Source of the DNA: Octadecabacter sp.
GTDB taxonomy: Bacteria > Pseudomonadota > Alphaproteobacteria > Rhodobacterales > Rhodobacteraceae
Reading direction: 5' to 3'
Length of the DNA stretch: 40,241 nucleotides
Assembly: GCA_018500065.2 (NCBI GenBank)
Contig: JAHBAO020000108.1
Coordinates: 1 to 40,241 of the forward strand
Shown: positions 9,779-16,810 of the stretch, one piece after another
Position numbering within the stretch: the stretch's first letter is position 1
Layout of the letters: each line of letters starts with the position of its first letter
The notes under the pieces: generated by a model
Databases searched by the model: none
Told to the model about the DNA's origin: nothing
Seen by the model: the letters and a program-made list of their open reading frames with translations, nothing else
Position numbers and translations under genes: made by a program

Positions 9779-10603
9779 ATGCACCTTTTCGCCCTAATCG
9801 TCGTGACCATGTGCGCCTTTGCTGCCAATTCTATTTTGGCACGGGCAGGGGCTTTCACGTTTGAGATGGCGCCGCTGCTGTTTGCAGGGGTGCGTCTGGC
9901 CAGCGGGGCTATGATGCTGGCGGTGCTGGTTTTGCTGCGCGGGGGATGGGTGCGTGTTGATCGCGCACGTGTGATCACTGCAAGCACGCTGTTGTTGTAT
10001 TTGATCCCGTTTTCAATTGCTTATCTGACATTGCCGTCTGGTGTGGGCGCTTTGATTCTGTTCGGGATTGTGCAGATCACCATGTTTGGTGGGTCTTATC
10101 TGGCGGGCACGCAGCCAAGTGCGCGACAATGGGCTGGCATGGCTGTTGCGATGGTGGGGCTTGGCTGGTTGTTATGGCCAACAGAACGCATGACGTTGGA
10201 CTTTGTTGGCGTCGTGTTCATGGTGGTGTCAGGTTTTGGCTGGGGCGTGTTTTCCATGCGCGGACGCGGCAGCAAAGACCCGCTTGGCGATATGGCGCTA
10301 AGCTTTGCTTTGTGCGCGCCTGTGGCGTTGGTTTTGATGTTGATTGGTGACGGTTGGTCGCTTGGCGGCATTGTTTGTGCTGTTGTCAGTGGCGCGATCA
10401 CGTCCGGCTTGGGTTATGCGCTTTGGTATCGCGTTCTGCCGCAGGTGGCGGCGACCACGAGCGCGGTGGCGCAGTTAACCGTTCCCGTGATTGCCATCGT
10501 TGCGGGCGCTGTTTTGTTGAATGAAACTATTACATTGAACGTCGTTTTGGCCTCGGCCGTCGTGCTGGGCGGGATCGCTGTTTCGGTTCTTAAGCGGGCT
10601 TAA
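9779..10603 (+). CDS. DMT/EamA family transporter
   Basis: Likely start MHLFALIVVTM after a GGAGA RBS; FAANS..R, LGYALWY, QLTVPVIA; about 10 hydrophobic segments. Confidence 0.9.
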   Translation: MHLFALIVVTMCAFAANSILARAGAFTFEMAPLLFAGVRLASGAMMLAVLVLLRGGWVRVDRARVITASTLLLYLIPFSIAYLTLPSGVGALILFGIVQITMFGGSYLAGTQPSARQWAGMAVAMVGLGWLLWPTERMTLDFVGVVFMVVSGFGWGVFSMRGRGSKDPLGDMALSFALCAPVALVLMLIGDGWSLGGIVCAVVSGAITSGLGYALWYRVLPQVAATTSAVAQLTVPVIAIVAGAVLLNETITLNVVLASAVVLGGIAVSVLKRA

Positions 10604-10800
10604 CAATCGCGGCCCACTTCGCTGTTTCGCAGACGTGTTTCAACCCGCATACAGCGGTCGCGCGCTTCGTAATAATAGCCGCGGGCGTACCACTGAACCG
10701 CCGTTGTGATGTCGCCATCCGACAGAAGCCACGCACCACGCAGGTATCGACCTGCGTAAAGCAGGTTGGTTTCAGCATCCAGTGGTGCGTTGGGGGCGCG
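10600..10800 (-). pseudogene. 5'-truncated remnant of an SLT-type lytic transglycosylase gene
   Basis: Frame not in the track reads RAPNAPLDAETNLLYAGRYLRGAWLLSDGDITTAVQWYARGYYYEARDRCMRVETRLRNSEVGRDC*, the C-terminal half of an SLT domain. No start codon before an in-frame upstream TGA. Confidence 0.7.
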
Positions 10801-10802
10801 GG

Positions 10803-11129
10803 TTACCGCCGATCAATCAGGCCGATTTGGTCCATGAAGGCATCGAGTTCTGATTTTGGCGCATTGAAGTGCGTGGCCTTGAGTGCGTCAAACTTGATCC
10901 GCAACGCCTTTTTTTCCTCGCCTTTACAGTCATTCCACGGACGACCTTGCAGGGCCATGTGCAGCGCGTAGTATCCGATGAAATGCGGGCGGTTCCCTGT
11001 GGCCAACAGCCTTGCATAGGCCGCATCCGCACCCATTTCGCGCAAGTCTTCCGCAGTCATGATGCCAGCGGCATTGTACATCGCTTCGGATGCGGGGCCG
11101 ATGTTTCTGATGGTGGAAATGGCAGCCAT
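10803..11129 (-). CDS. TfoX/Sxy C-terminal domain protein
   Basis: ISTIRNIGP..AGIMTAEDLREMGADAAYARL...YYALHMALQGRPWND helix-hairpin-helix pattern. Confidence 0.85.
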   Translation of the reverse strand: MAAISTIRNIGPASEAMYNAAGIMTAEDLREMGADAAYARLLATGNRPHFIGYYALHMALQGRPWNDCKGEEKKALRIKFDALKATHFNAPKSELDAFMDQIGLIDRR

Positions 11130-11293
11130 GCAGACAGTCTAGGCTTGGGGCAAACAAAGGGCCAGAGGGACGCGGCAAGATGCTGTAGAACATCACCTCG
11201 GCGTACCGTCTGGCCTGAATGCCGCCGCCTGAGGGGAGGAAAGGCGGCGGGATTGTTAGAAGGTGGGGGCGTTGGACGATGGGGTCGTCTGAA

Positions 11294-11410
11294 TTAGATG
11301 CTCGCAAAGTCCTTGAAGACGACTGGCTTCGGCGGACCGGGCCTGCGGCGCGTGCCATTGGTGGAGGGTTGCGGTGTTGCCGGTACGGGTGTTGGTGTGT
11401 GAGTCGGCAT
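11294..11410 (-). CDS. Small 38-aa Pro/Thr-rich protein ending FKDFASI
   Basis: AAAGGAG RBS 6 nt before ATG 11410; MPTHTPTPVPATPQPSTNGTRRRPGPPKPVVFKDFASI*. The C-terminus resembles the F-x-D-[FW]-A-S-I ending I recall from small Rhodobacterales hypotheticals. Confidence 0.7.
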   Translation of the reverse strand: MPTHTPTPVPATPQPSTNGTRRRPGPPKPVVFKDFASI

Positions 11411-11830
11411 CTGCCGCTCCTTTGTCTGCTGTTTCGGTGCCTTGTTTTGGCGGGGGCCGCCCGATGTTCAGCCTCTTGTCGGGCCATAGATTCAGCAAAG
11501 CGCGGGTTCGTGTTATGGCAGTGACGCAAATGTGGCGTGAATGTGGCGACGGCGTCTTGTGATGCAAAAGACACGCTGGATCGCTGGGGTGTTCGATCGG
11601 CGGAGCAATTGAACTTTGGCGCGCCATCAAATTTACGCCGGATTGAAGGCTTCGGTGGCAGCCGTGCTGGTTTCACTATGAACGGCAAACAACTGTAAAA
11701 CGGGCGAACACTATTGCGAAATGCTTGGCGACCCGTGTCGGGCGCTTTGGTTTAATGGCCTTGGAGCAAAACCAGAGACACAATGCTTGCGCGCCCGCAA
11801 AACGGTCATTGGGTAAGCTTAATTTTTAGG

Positions 11831-11852
11831 AAGTTTGGCTCCGGCGGTAGGG
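11831..11852. repeat. att site, distal copy (duplicated 3' end of tRNA-Asn)
   Basis: Exact match to 13951-13972; the reverse complement contains CCCTACCGCCGGAGCCA, the tRNA 3' end. Confidence 0.92.
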
Positions 11853-12057
11853 GCGTGCCCGTTTCCGCATATCCCCATGAAATCATGCTAAAACTCTTCC
11901 GGATTCCAGCGCGACGTCGGCGGTGTGCTCAGAATCGTGCCGTACTTTGTGCCCATGTGCAACAGGAAGTACACAAGATTATCTGCGTCATAGGGTTCAC
12001 GGACAGCTCTGGCGCAAACTGACCAAATTGAACTCAATCACGCTGGGTGTTCGGGCG

Positions 12058-12109
12058 CTGTGTGTAGCAAAATAATACTTGCTACACACAGGGGGGGTGC
12101 GTGTAGCAA
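12058..12109. promoter_or_regulatory. Perfect 13-8-13 inverted repeat plus third half-site; putative operator of the nucleotidyltransferase gene
   Basis: CTGTGTGTAGCAA (12058-12070) - AATAATAC - TTGCTACACACAG (12079-12091), a G7 run (12091-12097), then TGCGTGTAGCAA (12098-12109); TATGAT at 12113-12118. Confidence 0.65.
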
Positions 12110-12148
12110 ATTTATGATTGATGCACACAGACTGAATTGAGGTATCAG

Positions 12149-13168
12149 ATGAACCCTGTCTCACACCCCCGGGCGGCCCAGGTCGCCTATCAGGATCTAC
12201 TGCGCATGCATCTCGACGAGGCGGCCTCGGAAGTTGTGGGCAGCATTGAGGAGCGCCACCGCAATGGGCGGACCTACCTCTATGATCGGTTTCGGATCGG
12301 GACCGAGATGAAGAGCCGCTATCTGGGCGAGGATAGCCCCGACTTGCGTGATCGCCTTGCGCGCGCCGCAGACCTGAAAGCGGAAGCTCAGGATCGAAAA
12401 AAGCGCATGTCGCGCTTGGCACGGGTCCTGAGGTCCGAGGGGATGATCGGAACAGACCGGGAGACAGGCTCGCTGCTCCTCGCATTTGCGCGCGCCGGTG
12501 TCTTCCGTCTGGGGGGCACTTTGATCGGGACCGCAGCCTATGCCCTTTATCAAGGGGAACTAGGCGTGCGGTTCGACTCTGATGATCTTGCACAGACCGG
12601 GGATATCGATTTCGCAAGCTTCGAGCGGCTTTCAATGGCTTTGGGCGACCGCGTTGAGGAAGAACCGGGGGATATACTTCGCTCGATGAAATTCGACGCT
12701 GTTCCCGGAGGCTTCGACCGGCAGGTCTGGAAGTGGCGTCAAAGCGGGGGCGAGGCCATGGTCGAGTTCCTGACACCTGCTTTCGGCGAGGAAGGCGTCA
12801 AGCCGCTTCCCGCCCTGGGGGGCAGTGCCCAATCGCTGAATTACCTCAATTTCCTGATCGCAGAGCCGATACATGCGCTGGCACTCTATAGATCCGGCGT
12901 CCTAGTGCAGATCCCGCGCCCCGAGCGTTTCGCGATACACAAGCTGATCGTGGCGAGCAGGCGGCACGGCGGCCCGGATGAGGTCAAGTCGCGCAAGGAT
13001 CGGGCTCAGGCCGAGTTCTTGATCCGCGTTCTCGCGCAAGACAGGCCCGACGATCTGTCAGAGGCCTACCAGCATGCGATGTCCCAAGGCCCCCGGTGGC
13101 GGGATCGGATCGCATCAAGCCTCGCACGCATGCCGGCGACAAGCGACCTTCTCAGCGAGCTGTCGTAA
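12149..13168 (+). CDS. GSU2403-like (NTP_transf_8) nucleotidyltransferase-fold protein
   Basis: ATG 12149 after a GAGGT RBS, 339 aa. Motifs LARAGVFRLGGTLIGTAAY, TGDIDFA (DxD), VEFLTP, IPRPERFAIHKLIVA, KSRKDRAQA. Confidence 0.85.
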   Translation: MNPVSHPRAAQVAYQDLLRMHLDEAASEVVGSIEERHRNGRTYLYDRFRIGTEMKSRYLGEDSPDLRDRLARAADLKAEAQDRKKRMSRLARVLRSEGMIGTDRETGSLLLAFARAGVFRLGGTLIGTAAYALYQGELGVRFDSDDLAQTGDIDFASFERLSMALGDRVEEEPGDILRSMKFDAVPGGFDRQVWKWRQSGGEAMVEFLTPAFGEEGVKPLPALGGSAQSLNYLNFLIAEPIHALALYRSGVLVQIPRPERFAIHKLIVASRRHGGPDEVKSRKDRAQAEFLIRVLAQDRPDDLSEAYQHAMSQGPRWRDRIASSLARMPATSDLLSELS

Positions 13169-13392
13169 GGAGGTGGTGATGGCAAACCAGCCGTCCCTCG
13201 GGCCAATATGAGCAAGATTTAGGCCGTTAAATCTGCCACTCTCAGGTCAAACACGGGCATGGGAAACGCGCAGGCAAGCTGAGATCGCGATCTTCATATA
13301 TATAAACTGCTTCTACAATCCGCGACGCCGACACTCAGCGTTGGGTTGGAAAAGCCCGGGCGTTTTCGAACGCAAGGTGGCTCAAAGGAGCA

Positions 13393-13836
13393 TCAGGAGC
13401 GGCGCAAAGGCGCGTGTGCGATCTCGCGGTCACGTAGCAGGAGGGCCTGGCGCAGCGTTTCCTGGACGGCGGCCTCGCGGCTGAGATCCGCATGAGCGGC
13501 GGCGGCGCTGCGGTAAGGGGCCGCCGCGCGCGTCCGCTCGAAGGCTTCAATTTCGAAGCGCGCGAGATTGACCAGGATGTGCTCCGCTATATCGGGTGCA
13601 ATTGGCATCGTCTTCTCCGTCAGGGCGGCAAAGACCTGATCGCTCACCGCTGTGAGGCGGCGGGCGAGGATCTTCGCGTGTGACGGGGAAATTGTACGAA
13701 GTGAGAAACACGCAAAGTTATTTCCGGATAGGTTCAGGTAGCCTTGATCGATCTGGTATTTTGGCCAGCGCCTGCGCCAGTAGAATCCGGATTTGCGTTG
13801 TTCGAGATGTGGTTGAGAGCTTCGACTCCGGGGCAT
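13393..13836 (-). pseudogene. Truncated tyrosine integrase (N-terminal DUF6538-like region only)
   Basis: AGGAGG RBS, then MPRSRSSQPHLEQRKSGFYWRRRWP...FSLRT...AKILARRL. Located next to the att/tRNA; stops after 147 aa with no R-HxxR-Y catalytic domain. Confidence 0.72.
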
Positions 13837-13848
13837 AAAAATGCCTCC

Positions 13849-13893
13849 TGTGCACCTAAATGTGCACCGCCAAGTGCACCTGAATGTGCACCT
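13849..13893. repeat. Four tandem 12-bp-period repeats with GTGCACC core (putative integrase arm-type sites)
   Basis: GTGCACC starts at 13850, 13862, 13874 and 13886. Confidence 0.8.
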
Positions 13894-13955
13894 CGTCCTC
13901 GAGCGCAGCGCGCGTCCGAAAAACATCTAATGATTTCAGAGGAGAAGAGAAAGTT

Positions 13956-14030
13956 TGGCTCCGGCGGTAGGGATCGAACCTACGACAAATTGATTAACAG
14001 TCAACTGCTCTACCGCTGAGCTACGCCGGA
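13956..14030 (-). tRNA. tRNA-Asn (GTT)
   Basis: TCCGGCGTAGCTCAGCGGTAGAGCAGTTGACT-GTT-AATCAATTTGTCGTAGGTTCGATCCCTACCGCCGGAGCCA; cloverleaf with encoded CCA. Confidence 0.97.
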
Positions 14031-14094
14031 ATACCGTCGTCCGTATAGCCACGAGATTCTGGCGCGTCTAGGGGGTTTCAAAGGTTTTTTCGCT

Positions 14095-14994
14095 TCATGT
14101 CAGGACAAATTGTGCTGTGGCTGAAAGCGGGCCAACGGGCGCTGCTTTTTTACGTTGGGTCAGGTCCACAAGATGGGCCAAAACATTGCGTTGCGCCATT
14201 GGAAGTAGGGGTTTGGGCGTGTCGTGATAGATGCGGGCCGTCAGATCTGCGGGCGTGGCTGCACCAAAGGATAGGGCGGCGAGAATTTCTGCTTCACGCC
14301 CCAAACGATGCGCGACAAGGTCCGCGAGGCGCGATTGTGCGTCCTGAATGGGGGCGCCGTGGGCTGAGTAAGCACGAGTCATGGCGGTCTTCGCCAGTGC
14401 AGCGCAAGAGGCCATGAAGTCCGTGAGATCACCATCGGGGGGAGAAACAAGTGAGCTGGCCCAACCCATCATGTGATCGCCCGTAAACGCAGCATTTCCC
14501 CAAAGAAAGCTGAGGTGATTGCCAAAATGCCCCGGCGTGTGCAGTGCGGTAAGGTGCCAGTCGCCACCGTCAATCACCTCGCCAGACGTTACCAAGACAT
14601 CTGGTTTGAAATCATGATCCACGCCTTCACCGCCCCCCATTTCGCCGGACGCGGCGAGGGTTTTCATCACGTCAGAACGGCCCGCAGAGCTGTCGCCAAA
14701 CGCGAGAATCGGCGCAGACGTGGCATCAGACAGCGCGCGGGCGAGGGGGGAGTGGTCCAAGTGGCTATGGGTGATAAGGATATGGCTGACAGTGCGGCCC
14801 GCAATTGCGGCGATCAGGGCATCAAGGTGGTCATCATCCAACGGGCCGGGGTCGATCACGGCGAGGGTGTCGGTCCCGAGCAAGTACGTATTGGTCCCCC
14901 AATGGGTCATTGGTGATGGGTTTGGGGCGAGAACGCACGACAAACCGTCTTCCAATTGCACCGAAACACCTGCCTTTGGGGGCTCATTGCTCAT
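14095..14994 (-). CDS. MBL-fold metallo-hydrolase (LACTB2-like, C-terminal winged helix)
   Basis: APNPSPMT..GTNTY, THSHLDHS, HTPGH, FTGDH, AHG. Confidence 0.92.
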   Translation of the reverse strand: MSNEPPKAGVSVQLEDGLSCVLAPNPSPMTHWGTNTYLLGTDTLAVIDPGPLDDDHLDALIAAIAGRTVSHILITHSHLDHSPLARALSDATSAPILAFGDSSAGRSDVMKTLAASGEMGGGEGVDHDFKPDVLVTSGEVIDGGDWHLTALHTPGHFGNHLSFLWGNAAFTGDHMMGWASSLVSPPDGDLTDFMASCAALAKTAMTRAYSAHGAPIQDAQSRLADLVAHRLGREAEILAALSFGAATPADLTARIYHDTPKPLLPMAQRNVLAHLVDLTQRKKAAPVGPLSATAQFVLT

Positions 14995-15047
14995 ACTGCG
15001 TTCCCTTGTGTGCCATTTCGCATTAGCGTCGCTGCATGGCTTATCGC

Positions 15048-16364
15048 ATGTCTTTCAAATGGCTCAAACATTACTTGCCGCGTTCGCTTTATGGGCGGGC
15101 GGCGCTGATCCTGGTTTTGCCTGTCGTTACGCTACAATTGGTCATCTCGATTGGGTTTGTTCAACGCCATTTCGAAAAAGTAACCGATCAAATGACGCGG
15201 TCTGTCGTGTTGGACCTGCAATATGTGCAGAACGCGGTTCATGGGGCGGCGGATTTGGCAGACGTAACAGTGATTGTGGACAGAATTGCTGCGCCATTGG
15301 GTCTGACCCTGACGGTTCCTGCGTCCGATATGCCGACATCGGGCGATCGTCGTTGGTATGATCTCACCGGGAGCGTGGTTGAGCGCACGCTACATGCAAG
15401 TTTGGACGGTCTTGGACCCGTTATTTTGCCAAATACAAGCGTGGTTGAGCTGTGGTTTGAAAGCACACATGGCCCGATGAAGATTGAATTTGCACGGTGG
15501 CGCGTGTCCGCGTCCAACCCGCATCAATTGCTGGTCTGGCTGATCGTGCTGGGTGCGTTGATGACGCTGATTGCGTATTTTTATCTGCGCAATCAGTTGC
15601 GCCCGATCAAGCGGCTTGCGGCGGCGTCGACGGAATACGGGCGCGGGCGGGTGGTCCCGTACCATCCATCTGGTGCAAACGAGGTGCGCGCGGCGGGGCA
15701 TGCTTTCCTTGATATGCGCAACCGGATTGAACGCCAGACCCAGACACGAACCATGATGCTGTCTGGTGTAAGCCATGATTTACGGACGCCGCTTACACGG
15801 TTGCGGCTTGGCCTTGGGATGATGGATGAAGAGGAGGTCGCGCCACTGGTGCGCGATGTTGATGATATGCAGGGGTTGCTTGATGCCTTCCTTGATTTTG
15901 CCCGTGGTGATGCCGAGGGCGAGGCAGAAATGGTGGACCCAATTGCACTTGCCGCCGCGATTCTCGCAGACGGTGAACGCATGGGGCAGGCGGTAACGGC
16001 GGGTGTTATGGACGGCGATGGCGACGTGGCGCTGCGGCCGCTGGCGATCCGACGCGCGCTCGAGAATTTGATTGGAAATGCACTGCGCTACGGGGGGAAT
16101 GCGCGGCTAAGCGTGTCGATGACCCCCAAAGCGCTGGTGTTTTGCGTCGAAGACGACGGGCCGGGCATTCCTGCAGATCAAAGAGATGATGCAGTCCGCC
16201 CGTTCACGCGTCTTGATCCCGCGCGAAACCAAGATCGCGGCACAGGCGTCGGACTTGGCCTTGCGATTGTCGAAGATATCGCGCGGGCGCATGGCGGTGT
16301 TCTGCGGCTCGGCGAAAGTGCAGACATGGGCGGGTTGAAGGCAGAAATTGTGATGGGGCGGTAG
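15048..16364 (+). CDS. EnvZ-like sensor histidine kinase
   Basis: Two TM segments, HAMP, H-box SHDLRTPLTRL, ENLIGNA, EDDGPGI, GVGLGL. Start at 15048 (or 15036). Confidence 0.93.
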   Translation: MSFKWLKHYLPRSLYGRAALILVLPVVTLQLVISIGFVQRHFEKVTDQMTRSVVLDLQYVQNAVHGAADLADVTVIVDRIAAPLGLTLTVPASDMPTSGDRRWYDLTGSVVERTLHASLDGLGPVILPNTSVVELWFESTHGPMKIEFARWRVSASNPHQLLVWLIVLGALMTLIAYFYLRNQLRPIKRLAAASTEYGRGRVVPYHPSGANEVRAAGHAFLDMRNRIERQTQTRTMMLSGVSHDLRTPLTRLRLGLGMMDEEEVAPLVRDVDDMQGLLDAFLDFARGDAEGEAEMVDPIALAAAILADGERMGQAVTAGVMDGDGDVALRPLAIRRALENLIGNALRYGGNARLSVSMTPKALVFCVEDDGPGIPADQRDDAVRPFTRLDPARNQDRGTGVGLGLAIVEDIARAHGGVLRLGESADMGGLKAEIVMGR

Positions 16365-16409
16365 TGATTTCTTTCAAAGAAATCAGACCGGAAGCTTTTG
16401 AAGTGTCCG
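16365..16409. repeat. Double palindrome (REP-like), related to 5897-5940
   Basis: TGATTTCTTTCAAAGAAATCA (16365-16385), then imperfect CGGAAGC-TTTTGAA-GTGTCCG (16389-16409). Confidence 0.55.
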
Positions 16410-16621
16410 ATGCTGGAATGGGGTGCATTAACACTGATGAATTCAGCGATTTGGGAAACGGCACTGCGCATTTGCGGCGCAAACGCGCTTTGTGCTGGTC
16501 CGCGAAAATCGTCTTCGCGATTGGCACTGGTTTTGCGTCACGCTTGCTAGGGTGTGTGCTGTGTGTTTGCGAGCAAACCCACTTTGCACACTCTTTCCAA
16601 AAAACCTTCGTTTTTTGAAAA

Positions 16622-16698
16622 TGGTAGGCCCGGTAGGACTCGAACCTACGACCAAAGCGTTATGAGCGCTCTGCTCTAACCAACTGAGCTACAGGCCC
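16622..16698 (-). tRNA. tRNA with CAT anticodon, probably tRNA-Ile2 (lysidine-modified)
   Basis: GGGCCTGTAGCTCAGTTGGTTAGAGCAGAGCGCT-CAT-AACGCTTTGGTCGTAGGTTCGAGTCCTACCGGGCCTACCA. No initiator features (no C1 mismatch, no GGG/CCC anticodon stem); C4:G69 and C5:G68 fit Ile2. Confidence 0.9.
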
Positions 16699-16810
16699 GC
16701 CATGTGTGTCCTAGCAGAGGGGGCAGCGTGGTCAAGATCGCACCGTAAGTTGTGCTGGAAGATTTTGACTAAACGGGCTAGGACGCGGGCAACATTATCG
16801 GGGGACGACC

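Larger units (their letters stand above)
11831..13972. mobile_element. Decayed integrative element (genomic islet) in the 3' end of tRNA-Asn
   Basis: 22-bp direct repeat AAGTTTGGCTCCGGCGGTAGGG at 11831-11852 and 13951-13972; truncated integrase-like ORF next to the tRNA; one cargo gene. Confidence 0.88.

Noticed and set aside
10590-10778. 62-aa ORF MLKPTCFTQ...
   Set aside because: Wrong frame; the neighbouring frame carries the recognisable SLT motif.
10930-11688. 252-aa, 124-aa and 101-aa ORFs over the tfoX-att interval
   Set aside because: Arg/Pro/His-rich composition typical of non-coding frames, overlap with tfoX, and no RBS; the 38-aa ORF with AAGGAG explains the region better.
11997-12776. 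259-aa antisense ORF as a possible antitoxin
   Set aside because: Almost entirely antisense to the NTase, Arg/Pro/Ser-rich, no domain-like character.
13849-13893. Repeats as a CRISPR array or iteron origin
   Set aside because: Period is only 12 bp, no unique spacers, and no cas or rep gene is present.
13837-13926. N-terminal extension with RCTFRCTWRCTFRCT repeats on the integrase fragment
   Set aside because: It is just the translation of the 12-bp DNA repeats; the AGGAGG RBS points to ATG 13836.
16410-16621. Possible second island at the 3' end of the CAT tRNA
   Set aside because: No duplicate of this tRNA's 3' end and no integrase remnant found in the window; only small hairpins (e.g. 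16595-16619).
16622-16698. Calling this tRNA-Met or fMet
   Set aside because: Initiator hallmarks are absent and the acceptor stem resembles Ile2; elongator Met is not fully excluded without a tRNAscan-SE isotype model.
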